This document shows, piece by piece, positions 38,440 to 50,759 of a DNA stretch of 64,000 nucleotides. The notes under the pieces are model-generated. The model did no database searches, had not been told where the DNA came from, and saw only the letters and a list, made by a program, of their open reading frames with translations. Numbering within the stretch: the stretch's first letter is position 1; each line of letters starts with the position of its first letter. Made by a program: the position numbers and the translations under genes. Source of the DNA: Octopus sinensis (Eukaryota); contig NC_043010.1 of assembly GCF_006345805.1 (NCBI RefSeq), positions 32,426,001 through 32,490,000 of the forward strand, given 5' to 3'.

Positions 38440-40600
38440 AGGAAAATTAAACCAAATGGATAAGGCATTCTTCAATGATCAAAAGGGCTGTAAACATTAC
38501 TCATATAGGTGTAAAGACCAGCTTTTAATCAATAAAACGATTCTGGAGGGCTGTTACAAACGATACAAAAATCTTTCCATTGCATGGATTGATTACAAAT
38601 AAGACTTGACAGCCCTCCTCATAGCTGGATTGTGAAATGTTTGGAAATATATAAACATCTCTCCAATTATTGGTATTTTTCTGTCAAATTGTAATGAGGC
38701 TTCGAAATTCGGAGGCAGTCACTGTGAACGATAGTGACATTGACATGAAATGCAGCATTTTTCAAGATGATATTCTATCACCATTACTCTTTAGCAGAGA
38801 TTTCATTCCCCCCTAAATAAGTCGTTTGAATGACACAAGATATGGATATAGATTATATGACAGAAAATTAATAATCTCCTCTACATGGATGAAGTAAAGT
38901 TTTTCACAAAAGATGATCAACAACTGGAATGTCTTTTACTTAAAAACAGTTCAGTGATGATAGTGAAATGGTGTTTTGGCCTTTATAAATGTGCTAAATC
39001 CACCTTTTTTAAAGGAAAACTCTTGAAAATATACAACATACAGCTAGACAAGTCTATCATAATCAAGGAATTAGATCATGAAGAAAACTACAAATATTTA
39101 AGTGCATGTTAGAGGGTTGGTATCCAGCACATAGAGATGCATGAGAAAATAAGAAAAGAATGTATTGTACAGTTAGAACTATCCTAAAAAGTGATTTTCA
39201 TGTGGGGAAACAGGATGAATGCTATCAATATCCTATACACAACAGGTATAGCTTCCAGCTTTAACATCATTAAATGGTCTATCTGTAAGATCAGTAAAAC
39301 GAATACAAAAATATGCTAGTTTCACCCAAGGCACCTCATGCATCACCCAAAGGCAGATGTAGACATACTGTACATTCAATTAAAATGATGGAGGACATGT
39401 ACTGATGCAGCTGCAATCAGCCATAAGGTTAGACACCTATCTAAAAAAGACAAATGACTGGATGCTTGAACATGTCTGCAAGTATGAAAGTACTAAGAAA
39501 CTACACTCAGCATCAGAAGCTAAGAAAGATATATAAAGGAATCCAAGATCACCAACACAGAAGTGCAATTAGATGAAATGGATCCTTCTGTGAAAGCAAA
39601 GTAAACAAAAGAAGCACAAGCCAAATAAGTTGGAATTTCAGAGCTGCATAATAGATAGAAAAGTAGCATGGTAAATTCCCTTCCAGGACCCACCAGTGGC
39701 TGGCTTCATCTGAAGTTAAATCAGTCACAGAAGACTTCATTATAGCAGCTCAAGATTAGTGTCTGTCCACAAGGAATTATCAAACCAACATTCTTAAAAA
39801 TAGTACTGGTCCTACTTATCATTTTTGTGTTACAACTAGAGAAAATAACTGACTACCTCATCTCTGGCAGTTCTGAAAGCCTGAAATCTCTGTTAACCTC
39901 AAATGTGTATAATAATCACCATGATAGACTAGATCCATGTTTGCACGAGATCATATGATGTCAATGTAGGCTCTCATTTAAGAAGATCTAGTGGAAACAG
40001 TTTTGCTAAAGTAGTAGAAATTAAAGGCATCATATACTTTAGAACTTCAGTATTCAAACTGGCTGAGTTATTAGGCCAATAGACCAGATATTAAGGTGAA
40101 AAATCATGCTAATAAAACATGTTTGCTCATAGATATGTCAATCTCATCAGATTGCAACACTTCTGTAAAAAATTTGGTTAGTTAAGTAAATACAAGTACC
40201 TTGAAAAAATATGATATCTAACAACAACAACAACTGTACCTACGATCATCAGAGCTTTGGGGATTATATCAAATGGTGTTCTTCAGTACTATGAACAAAT
40301 ATCAGGAAACCCAAAAGTATCAAAACTTTAAAATTTGTTGTCTTGGATACTACTCACATCCTAAGTCAAACACTGTCAACCTGAGAATGTCTGAATCGCT
40401 TAAACGCTTTTAAAATTATATATAGCACAAGAAATTTTTTAATGAAATCCTAATTCTCAGCATTTGTTCTTTCCTTGCAATTTATCAATTGTTATACATA
40501 AATAACAGCCTCAATAGAATTTCTAACTTACTGTTAGTTGAGGTCTTTGGTTGAGTCTTGCTTGTACAAAACAAAGTAACAACAACAAAAATTAATAATA
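38440..40600 (+). mobile_element. Decayed R4/Dong LINE (RT through endonuclease and 3' end)
   Basis: DQKGCK...CKDQLLINKTILE...NLSIAWIDYK...PHSWIVKCLEIYK; ISHLLYMDEVKFF; ending LDTTHILSQTL and an A/AAC-rich tail. Confidence 0.85.
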
Positions 40601-40822
40601 AGGAAATAAAGCAATTCTTAAATTCTAATAAGTACATTTAGAAATGGAGATTGTATAATCTCTATAAATAATAATGAATTTCAAGAACACTTATTCTGCA
40701 GAGTTTGAATTTAACAAAAGGAAATAACAGCAGTAATTTCATCATATTTTTCATGTCATTGTTAGAAGATTCACAAATATATGTAATAAGAACAGTGATA
40801 TCATGTTTTCCATAAATGCGAA

Positions 40823-41110
40823 GGCATGACTGTATGGTTAAGAGGCTCAATTTGCAACCACATGGTATTTGATTCAATCCCACTGCACAGGACCTTGGGC
40901 AAGTATCTTTTATCCAAGCCCTGGGCCAACGAATGCATTTGTTAGATTGAAACAATGTGGAAGCTTGTTGTGGGTATGTGTGTCCTTGTGTTTTAGCCAG
41001 CCAGTGTTGGTTTGTTTACATTCCTGTAACTTAGCAATGCAGCAAAAGAAACCAATAGAATAAGTTAAAATAAGTACTGGAGTTGATTTGTTCAATTAAA
41101 CCCTTTAAGT
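40823..41110 (+). mobile_element. SINE (dominant family)
   Basis: GGCATGACTGTATGGTTAAGAGG head; ACCTTGGGCAAGT core. Confidence 0.8.
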
Positions 41111-41111
41111 T

Positions 41112-41418
41112 GGTTGTTTGTTCCTTCTCGAGCCATGCCTAGCTCATAAGGGCCAGTTTCCCGGTTTCTTGGCGTATAGGTTCCCCACCTGGATGGGACA
41201 CCAGTTCATCGCAGGTGAGCTGCAAGATGCAGGAGGAAAGAGTGAGACAAAGTTGTGGTGAAAGAATCAGCAGAAGATTCGCCATTACCTTCTGCCGGAG
41301 CTGCGTGGAGCTTAAGTGTTCCGCTCATAAACACACACATCGCCCGGTCTGAGATTCGAACCCACAATCCCTCGACCGTGAGTCCGCTGCTCTAACCACT
41401 AGACCATGTGTCTCCACA
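41112..41418 (-). mobile_element. tRNA-derived SINE
   Basis: Minus strand TGGTCTAGTGGTTAGAGC (A box) and GGTTCGAATCTC (B box); tail GCGATGAACTGGTGTCCCATCCAGGTGGGGAAC. Confidence 0.85.
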
Positions 41419-41434
41419 AAATAAATACACCCTT

Positions 41435-41665
41435 TTTTAAAGCCTATCCAGGCTCATGGGCCTGATTTCCATGGCGTATGTGTTCCCCAGCTGGACGGGA
41501 CGCCAATCCATCGTAGCATTACTCATTTTTGCCAGCTGAGTGGACTGGAGCAATGTGAAATGAAGTGTTTTGCTCAAGAACACATGTATCACCCGGCCCA
41601 GGAATCGAAACCACAATCTTACGATCATGATACTGACACCCTAACCACTAAGCCATGCGCCTCCA
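41435..41665 (-). mobile_element. tRNA-derived SINE with CORE-like centre
   Basis: TGGCTTAGTGGTTAGGG A box, GTTTCGATTCC B box, TTGAGCAAAACACTTCATTTCACATTGCTCCAG core. Confidence 0.85.
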
Positions 41666-42390
41666 GTGTAACTGGTGCCCCAGTGTAACTGAAGTCCAAT
41701 GACTGAAATAAGTAAAGGATAAAAGGTAAAAGATAAGTTAGATAGATGATCAGAGATGTGGTGAGAGCTTAGGTGATTAAATTGACTCAGTACTCAGGAC
41801 TTGCACTTTTCTTATCAAATCCAGAAAGAAGAGAGATACAGTTGACCTCAGCAGGACTTGAACAAGGTCATTTATTTGACATCCACCCAAGTCTGCTAAT
41901 CCACTTTACATATAGAGTATAATAAGAGAAATATCAAGGAATACAACAAAAGAAACTTAACCAGCAAGAAAGAGAAGCTAGATCCCCACTTCAGATCAAG
42001 CCCTGTCATTTGAAAGTAGATATAGAGGATAGAGTTGTTCTTAACACATTATATCAGAATAAATGACCACATGGGCATAGCTACAGGCATTTTGATGACA
42101 GGTTTACCCCATCAGGGGTAGCCTGGGTTAAACACAAGAATATATATTATCTCCAGAATTACTATGACTACAGATATCATAGGATATATTTTTCTATCTC
42201 TTCCTCCCTCCCACTCTCTCTTCCACAGACACACACTCTCTCTCTCTCTATCTATCTGTCTGTCTATCTATTCTTCTTTCTCTTCTTTTGTTATTGATAT
42301 AATGTTAAACCAAATTGAAGGATATCTTTTATTTCATATTCATATTCATCTTATATTCTTACAAATTCTTTTTCCCAATGTATATGTATG

Positions 42391-42429
<39 letters not shown>

Positions 42430-42433
42430 ATGT

Positions 42434-42770
42434 CAGTAAAGCTGGACTCGAGTCATCTTCGTACTCATAAAGCGAGACAGATGAGTGACAACCTGGCCAC
42501 TGGTGGTAGTGTAACACATCATACTAATCATATCTGTCGGGCATGTGGAAGAGAGTGTAATTCGGCAGGAGGACTTAAACGACATGCAAAGGTACATGAA
42601 GCCCAGTTACAACTACAGCCGGCTATTACCGGTAAAGGTATTAGTTGCCAATTCTGTACAAGACATTGTAGATCTTTAGCTGGGCTAAAAAGTCACATTC
42701 GATCACAGCATCAGTAACAGTTAAGCTTCGTGCAATAGCCATACTCGATAATGAGGGGGCAGCCATAATG
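42434..42770 (+). mobile_element. 5'-truncated RTE-type LINE 3' end encoding two C2H2 zinc fingers
   Basis: CRACGRECNSAGGLKRHAKVH (42535-42597) and CQFCTRHCRSLAGLKSHIRSQH (42646-42711). Stop at 42715-42717, short UTR GCCATACTCGATAATGAGGGGGCAGCCAT, embedded in (TATG)n on both sides. Confidence 0.7.
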
Positions 42771-42829
42771 TATGTATATATGTATGTATATACATGTATG
42801 CATATACATGTGTGTGTATATATATACAT

Positions 42830-43075
42830 TCTTTTATTCTTTGACTATTTTACTTGTTTCAGTCATTTGACTGGAGCCATGCTGGAGCACCACCTTACAG
42901 GGTTTTTTAGTCAAAGAAATTGACCCCTAGACCTATTCTTTGTAGGCCTAGTACTTATTCTATCAGTTCTCTTTTGCCAAACCACTAAGATATGAGGACA
43001 TAAGCACACCAACATTGGTTGTCAAGCAATGATGGGGGACAACACAGACACACATACATAAATGTGTGTGTGTAC
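42830..43075 (-). mobile_element. SINE 3' half (dominant family)
   Basis: TTTTACTTGTTTCAGTCATTTGACTGGAGCCATGCTGGAGCACC. Confidence 0.8.
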
Positions 43076-43077
43076 AT

Positions 43078-44170
43078 ATCATCATCATCGTCGTTTAACG
43101 TCCACTTTCCATGCTGGCATGGGTTAGACGGTTTGACTGATGGCTGGTGAGCCAGATTCTGCACCAGGCTCCAATCTGATCTGGTAAAGTTTCTACAGCT
43201 GGATGCCCTTCCTAATACCAACCACTCTGAGAGTGTAGTGGGTGCTTTAAGATATCACCAGCACGAGGGACAGTCAGGTGGTACTGGCATCGACCATGCT
43301 CAAATGGTGCTTTTTATGTACCACCTGCACAGGAGCCAGACAGGTGATGCTGGCAACAACCACACTTAAATGGTGGTTTTTATAAGCTACCAGCACAGGA
43401 GCCAGTCAGGTGGCGCTGGCAATGATCATGCTCGAATGGTGCTTTTAATATTCCACTGGTATGGATACCAGTCAGGCGGTACTGTCATCAGCCATGACAA
43501 TGATGTCACTTGCCTCAACAGGTCTTTACAAGCGGAGATTATTGCCCAATGTTTGAAGGGTACTTTTAAATGGGCTGGTTATGCAGCACTGGCATAGGCC
43601 ACGGTTATGGTCTCACTTGGCTTGCTGGGTTTTCTCAAGTACAGCATATCTCCAAAGGTCTCAGTCACTTGTCATCACCTCGGAGAGGCCCAATGTTCGA
43701 AGTTCATGTTTCACAACCTTGTTTCAGGTTTTCCTGGGTCTACCTCTTCCAAAGGTTCCCTCAACTGCTAGGGTGTGGCACTTTTTCACACAGCTGTCCT
43801 CATCCATTCACAACACATGACTGTACCACTGCAGTCGCCTCCCTTGCACTCCACATCTGATGCTTCTTATGTCCAACTTTTCTTTCAGGGCGCTTACACT
43901 GCCATGTATGCACACTTACATTACACATCCAGCGGAACATACTCGCTTCATTCCTTGCAAGCTTACACATGTCCTCAGCAGTTACACTGCATGTTTCACT
44001 GCCATGTAGCATGGCTGTTTGCACACATGCAACATACAGTCTACCTTTTACACTGAGCGAGAGGTCCTTTTTCACCACCAGAGGTAGGAGCTCTCTGGAC
44101 TTTGCCCTGGCTATTCTTATTCGAGCAGCTACACTTTCAGAGCATCCACCCCCCCACTACTGACTTGGTC
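43078..44170 (-). mobile_element. RTE LINE 3' ~1.1 kb
   Basis: ORF 43800-44078 KGRLYVACVQTAMLHGSETC...RNEASMFRWMC, then GRPRKTW-like sequence, a subunit-rich UTR and a (GAT)n tail at 43078-43093. Confidence 0.9.
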
Positions 44171-44184
44171 ACCTAGGTAATGGA

Positions 44185-45190
44185 AGCTATCAATTATTTG
44201 TAGTTTCCACAAGTGTTATGCATGGAGCTGTATTGAATGCAGCAAGGCCTCTCGGGAAAGAGATCTTTGTTTTGTAGTTGAGGTGCAACAGACCTCTGAT
44301 ATTTAAAAGAAGTATTGTTGTGACACTTGTGTTAGTATTAATGGTAACCATCCTCTATTTGTTGACTATGATGGCCTAGTGTGGAGGTGGATGTGGCGCA
44401 AGTTCATGCTTGATGTAGCCTAGGACAGCTGTTTTACAATCTTTTGTGCCATACATAAAAACGATTTTTATTTAGCTGCTGCTCTTTTCACATCTGGGTG
44501 AGCATGTGTGCAATATTTTTCTTTTATTTGTCGTCCTCCTAGAGAAGGGTTCTTTTCTAGGTCCATGCCATTTGGCATCGCTTCTGATGTGCAAAATGGC
44601 AGTTTGCTCCATCAACAACATGCCAGCAGTTTCCTTGCACGTAAAATCTACACCTGCCTATTTCTTTTGCTCTCATTGTGGGATGTTTTTTGTTATACTC
44701 CAAAGTTTCATTTTATCTTACTCCTTGCTCTTCATTGTTTCTGGGAGCTTTTGATTTGTCATTAATAAGTTTTTGTTTTCTTCGTTTTTCAGCCCTCTCA
44801 TCTCTTTGGCTGTCTACAGTGGTGGGGGCAGGGCTAGGGTCAGTGTTTCTTTCATTAGCAGACCACTTAGTCATGGCTTTGGCTTTGTTTTTTAGAGGGC
44901 TCACTGGGCCTGGTTGTCTTTACTTTTCTTTTCACTTTCTCCATCCTTCTTGTCATTCTTGTTGCAATCATTTCCCAGAATGGCATCCAGGATGTCAGTG
45001 TGTGGTCTAATACGAGCACAGGAACAGAGGAATCTGAGTTTCTTCTGCTCTGTCTGGGCTATGGCTCTGGTGAAATCATTACGCTTTAGTGCTGCCACAA
45101 CGATGTTGTTTGGGGGATCTCCATCTGCAGTTTACCAGGTTCACAGAAAAACTTGCAGTTTCTTGATTCTCCAGTTTCACATCTTTGCTG
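44185..45190 (-). mobile_element. Decayed 5' part of an APE-type LINE (ORF1 with CCCH finger and start of ORF2)
   Basis: Minus strand CRFYVQGNCWHVVDGANCHFAHQKRC (~44560-44640), then LLLNIRGLL...ITLVET (~44200-44310), an APE N-terminal motif. Confidence 0.7.
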
Positions 45191-45853
45191 TATATATATA
45201 TTTAGAAAGAGAGAGAGTGGGATTCTATAAGTGAGTATGTACAGATATTCATACTTATGTATATCAACACAAATTTAAAATTTATAGGAAGAGAGAGATA
45301 AAGAAAGGAGGAAAGAGACAAAGAGAAGAGAAACTCATAAATGTGTGTGTGTGTGTGTGTGTAAGTATGTATTTATATACAAGCATGTGTATGCATTCAC
45401 ATTAATATATATACACTTATATCGTTTTTATAGAGGTATCCTTATGTGTGTGAATACACACATATATATATGCTGACTCACACACATATATATAGTGGGA
45501 GAGTGAGGGACAGAGAAATAGACAAATATATCAGTATAATGTATATAAATAGAGATAAAGGCATAATGATGAAAATTAATCTAACATCAGATATGTGATA
45601 ATAAAAATAAAATTATTGGCAGAAAAAGAGATGATAATAAACTCTGTTTCTCTTACCTTGTGACTGGCTAGATTAAAACAAAATAAAATGAAATTCTCCA
45701 CCTTTGAATACTTACCTAGCACAGGTGGTGTTTATGTGAGTGATTTCTAATCAAAAATGTAAACAAGCTTCAGATTCCAGAAATTCCTATATTTGCTATT
45801 TGAGCAATCTAAAAAGTTACATTGGAATCTTGTATGTATGCATGTATATATAG

Positions 45854-45885
<32 letters not shown>

Positions 45886-45902
45886 TGTATGTATGTATGT
45901 AT

Positions 45903-46220
45903 ATGGCTCAGTGGTTAGAGCGTCGAGCTTACGATCGTGAGGTTGTGAGCTCGAATCCCGGACCGGGCTGCGTGTTGTGTTCTCGAGCAAGGCACTTTAT
46001 TTCACGTTGCTCCAGTTCACTCAGCTGTAGAAATGAGTTGCGACGTCACTGGTGCCAAGCTGTATCGACCTTTGTCTTTCCCTTGGATAACACTGGTGGC
46101 GTGGAGAGGGGAGGCTGGTATGCATGGGCGACTGTTGGCCTTCCATAAACTTGTGTCTAGGAGGGTAACATTCTAGGTGCAATCCCATGGTCATTCATGA
46201 CCGAAGGGGGTCTTTACCCT
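45903..46220 (+). mobile_element. Well-preserved tRNA-derived SINE with CORE-like centre
   Basis: TGGCTCAGTGGTTAGAGC A box, GCTCGAATCCC B box, CGAGCAAGGCACTTTATTTCACGTTGCTCCAG core; CpGs retained. Confidence 0.9.
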
Positions 46221-46255
46221 GTATGTATGTATGTATGCATGCATGCATGTATGTC

Positions 46256-46287
<32 letters not shown>

Positions 46288-46344
46288 CATGAACGAATGA
46301 ATGAATGAATGATTGTTTGTTGGTTGTACTTTAGAAAACTGTGG

Positions 46345-46520
46345 CTCAGAAATGTGTGGTAAGAAGCTTGCATCCCAACCACAAGGTTCTGGGTTCAGTT
46401 GCATACACAGTGCCTTGGACAAGTGTCTTCGACTATAGCTTCAAGCTGACCAAAGCTTTGTGAGTGGATTTGGTAGACAGAAATTGAAAGAAGCCTATTG
46501 TTTATATATATATATATATA
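46345..46520 (+). mobile_element. SINE 5' half (dominant family)
   Basis: GTGTGGTAAGAAGCTTGC...GGACAAGTGTCTTC. Confidence 0.8.
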
Positions 46521-46539
46521 TGCTTGACTGCTAAATCCA

Positions 46540-46725
46540 CAAGTTATTATTTTATTCTTTCCCTGTTTATTTTCTCTTATTCCTCTCTGTTGAAGAGCAT
46601 AGGCTCAAAACATAAAAGACTTTCTCATTTCCCAAGCATCAAACTAATACACCTGCTTGTTGCTCATAGACCTATCTTCGTCTTTTGTTTTTTTATAAAT
46701 TTCAACTATATATATATATATATAT
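46540..46725. mobile_element. Second, inverted copy of the repeat at 11250-11420
   Basis: CTGTTGAAGAGCATAGGCTC...TCTTCGTCTTTTGTTTTT, ending at (TA)n. Confidence 0.65.
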
Positions 46726-46788
46726 ATTGTTATATTTCGGAATGGTCATATTGCCAGTTTAGCCAATAAAGGTTATATTTAAACGTAC

Positions 46789-46849
<61 letters not shown>

Positions 46850-46850
<1 letters not shown>

Positions 46851-47085
46851 ATGTCTTTGTGTTTGTGCCCTGCCATAACTTGACAACTGGTGTTAATGTG
46901 TTTATGTTCCTATAACTTAGTGGTTCAGCAGAAGAGACTGATAGAATAAGTATCAGACTAAACACAAAAAAAATAAAATAATAATAAGTACTGGGGTCAA
47001 TTCATTCAACTAAAAATTCTTCAAGGTGGTGCTCCAGTATGGCTGCAGTCTAATGACTGAAACATGTAAAAAGTAAAAGGTAAAA
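46850..47085 (+). mobile_element. SINE 3' half (dominant family)
   Basis: CTTGACAACTGGTGTT...AAGGTGGTGCTCCAGTATGGCTGCAGTC. Confidence 0.8.
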
Positions 47086-48224
47086 TATCTAACAATTAAA
47101 AGATATCTTTGATTACACCTCTAGTAGTGTCTAAAGAAGGAAACTATTCACTCATTGTATTGTCATGTAAGTGGTTGAATATTCCACAGAGACATGTAGC
47201 TTTAACTCAATCCTGATCTGCAGTCTGCATAACCATGTGTGATAGAGCTAGCTCTTTGAATTACAGTTCATTTGATAGACTTCCACACAGTTTTTGTCAC
47301 CACAATTTTACCCATAGATTTCTGTTGATCCAAGGTTATGTTGAAGTTACTTATCCAAGGTGTCAGAGAGCAAGATTGAAGTGATTCTGAATTGAATAAC
47401 TGAACCATTCAGCAATGTTTACCACATATTATGTATACTCACTCATTCTCTCCCTCTCTCTCACTCACCTACTCACTCACTCACTCACTCACTCACTCTC
47501 TCTCTCTCTCTTTCACACACACACACATACAAAAGAATATATGTGTGTGTGTATGTTCTCATACATTTATATAAGGATATACACACATAGATCCCCCCCC
47601 CACACACACACACACTCTCTCGCTCTCTTTCTCATAAAGTTTATAAACACATGCAGATCATACAAATATAATATCCTGTAAATATTATGCAAGTGATAAT
47701 TTATTTATTAATTCAAGCATGTATAAATAGTTATTAAATTTGATAATTAAAAACATACTTTAAATTAAGGAAAATAATTTAACCAATTTTATTATAAATA
47801 AATATTTTTGTAACTTGTTTATAAACTTTAACAAACATGCACAAACACACACACACACACACACACACACTCATACAAGGTTATACATACACACTCTTGC
47901 ATACACATTCATATCATATACACATATTCATGTAAGTATATACACACATAAACTTATATGCACTCTTTAAACACACACACAAATATAAGTAGACAGATAC
48001 ATATAAATGTATACCCATAACCAGAACTTGGCAAAACTAAAAACATTTTTTGTTGGACAACAACAAAATATTTTCAATGATTTTAATGACAGAAAGGAAA
48101 AAAGGCCATTTAATATTATGGAAATGTGAGATAGTGGAATGGCTGGTCAGAAGCTGATAACAGAAACAGCCTCAAATTGCTATTAGTTCCAATGTCCCTT
48201 ATTTTCATCTCTGTAGGCCTACAT

Positions 48225-48665
48225 GCAATTGTCTTCCCAATAGCAACATATGGATGCGAGACCTGGACACTAAAGAAAGCTGACCAGAAGAGAATTAATG
48301 CATTCGAGCTTTGGTGTTGGAGAAGACTTTTACGGATTCCATGGACAGTGTGGCTCACCAATGGAGAAGTTCTTAAGTAGATCAGGCCGAAAACGTCACT
48401 AGAAGCTAGGATCACCAAGCATAGATTGGCATATTTTGGTCATATTATGCATAGAAAATCCCTGGAGAAGGACATCATGCTCAGAATGGTCAGTGGCAAG
48501 AGGGGAAGAGGCCAACCAAGAACCCGCTGGCTTGACACCATCAAGAGTGATACTGGAATGGACATAGCCAATCTGAAAGAAGCAGCCCAGGATAGAACTG
48601 ACTGGAGGACACTGATCCATTGAGTAACCGAGAGTCAACTTCGACTGAGCGGATAGATAGATAGA
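48225..48665 (+). mobile_element. 5'-truncated BovB-like RTE insertion with 11-bp target-site duplication
   Basis: IVFPIATYGCETWTLKKADQKRINAFELWCWRRLLRIPWT...YFGHIM...GKRGRG.PRTRWLD, (ATAG)n tail. TAGGCCTACAT at 48214-48224 and 48666-48676. Confidence 0.92.
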
Positions 48666-48734
48666 TAGGCCTACATTGCATCCATCATAAGATACTGCCT
48701 GACTATTGCACCCTGTCCCAGTCCCAGTTTGGCT

Positions 48735-49115
48735 AGATTGGAGCTAGCAGACAAAATGCTCAGCAGCATTTCATTTGTCTTTACATTCTGAGTTTAAATT
48801 TCACTGAGATCAACAATGCCGTTCATCCTTTCAGGGTCAATGAAATAAGTACCAGTTGAATACTGGGGTCAATTTAATCAATTAGCCCCATTCCCTCAAA
48901 TTTCAAACTTTGTGCCTATTATTTGCACATTGCACAAAATGCCTTGTGGTATTTCATCCAACTCTATGTTTTGAGTACAAATCCTTCTGGGATCAACTTT
49001 GTCTTTAATCTCACTGGTGTTGATAAAATAAAGTACCAGTCAAGTACTGTGGTTGATGGTACTGACTAATTCCCTCCCTTTAAATTGCTGACATTGCACC
49101 TAAATTAGAAACCAT
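48735..49115 (+). mobile_element. Two tandem decayed SINE copies (second family)
   Basis: Repeated TTCTGAGTTTAAATT...TAAGTACCAGT...GGGGTCAAT. Confidence 0.7.
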
Positions 49116-49357
49116 TGTAATTATTGACTCACATAACATGAACAAGTATTTTTCTTCTCTTTCCTAGATATGACTTTATTTGAAGCCTTACCAAATAAAT
49201 ATTTTTTTCTAGAATATTTGCCAAAAGTTTTTAGTTTTTGTAGAACATTCAGCCTCTGATATCTGGAGTGTAAACAAAAGGAAAGTTTGCAATTTGTTTT
49301 TGCACATTTTATTTGCTTACCCATTTGACCACATTTTAATTCCAAAGTTTAATTCAA

Positions 49358-49410
49358 AGTTGTAATATTTTGCTATATTTTAATTCCAAATATAGCAAAA
49401 TATTACAACT
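49358..49410. repeat. Perfect 23-bp inverted repeat with 7-nt loop
   Basis: AGTTGTAATATTTTGCTATATTT-TAATTCC-AAATATAGCAAAATATTACAACT. Confidence 0.95.
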
Positions 49411-50357
49411 GCAAACAGGATTTTAAAAAACCCAGCATAATAAACAAATTGCACCACAGAAAGAAAAAAGGAAGAAAATAATGGGTGCCCTAGCTGGCTG
49501 CAGCTAAATTACTGAAACAGGTAAATGGTAAATTAATAAAAGAAAGCTATTTGAAACAGTCTAACAAATTATTTTGAAGATAGTGGATAATAGCAACAAC
49601 ACAAGCACAGAGGCAAACATTTTAAACCATTCATATAACAATTGTGCTTTAGCTAGCTTTGCCTCTGAAACCAGTTGTGGTAGATTCTTGCAAAGATCAC
49701 CAAATGAGTTTGGCATATAACCATAAAATTCAAACCAGGTGTTTTGTTTGTTGTGCAATCACTCATTACCTCCCATAACTCAGTTTCTATTATTGATCTT
49801 TCACAGTACCTAACAGCTTCAGCTGATCATTATGGCATACTGACAAAGTAGGCGCAAAATTCTCTGGCCTATCACTTGCTGTAAACTGTTGATCAAAGTG
49901 CTACTTGGAACACAATACATACTTGCTTGGAATTATCTGCTTGGACAGGTATAGTAGCATACACCTTCCCTGATCTATCAAAGACTTAAATGTGGCTTTC
50001 TTATTTCATTGCACCACTGCCACTTATGTCTATCAAGTGGCTTTCATTCCCTATTATTTTAGCACACAATCTGAAATTCTGACAATGCAGCTGAAGAAAT
50101 GGTTTTGGGCCATTCTTACTGCTAGCATGTTGGTTGGATTTCCTTTTCTAATTGCCTCTAGTTTACAGAGGTATAGTATAGTAAATAAAAGAATATAGTA
50201 AATAAAAGAGCACCATGAATAGTGGAGTATGCAGTAAAGAATGAGTTGGAGGGCAAAAATGGGAAAGGTAAGGAAAACAGCAGGTTGTTATAGTAAATGA
50301 TGAGGGATGAGGAACAACACATAGAGGAGTGGAATTGTGAAGAAAATATATTTATGA

Positions 50358-50740
50358 CACAACAATAGCAGCAACAGCACCAGCAACAGCATTGGCAGTT
50401 CTCCTGAAGGCAACAACACTAACAACAACATCAGCACCAGCATTACCAACAGCTTCCTTAACTTCCACAGTAGCAGACCTGACAATCCCTATAGCAGCAG
50501 CAATAGCTCTAGTGCCACCACCAGCTATAACAGCAGTGGCAGTGGCCCTATCAGAAACACCAGTGGAACCACAGCTAATGAAACCTCTGGCAGCAATGGC
50601 AACTTTCTCACTAATAACAAGGACCACAATAATAACAACAGCGCCTTCATCATAACTGGCAGTGGTGATACCATTACCAACGCTTCCAGCAGTCCCAGCT
50701 CCAACAACAACACCTTATATAGAACCAACAACACACCCAT
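50358..50740. repeat. Degenerate triplet (AAC/AGC/AAT-like) low-complexity tract
   Basis: Strong 3-periodic purine-N-pyrimidine pattern. Confidence 0.75.
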
Positions 50741-50759
50741 GAAGACACATTGGATGTTT

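Noticed and set aside
42388-42717. Host C2H2 zinc-finger gene
   Set aside because: The ATG lies in a microsatellite, there are no canonical linkers or acceptor tract, and the UTR and tail are RTE-like. Kept as a mobile element instead.
45903-45975. tRNA-like sequences here and at 41340-41418, 41590-41665 and 53190-53263
   Set aside because: They have A and B boxes but run into SINE bodies and lack a complete cloverleaf, so they are not called as tRNA genes.
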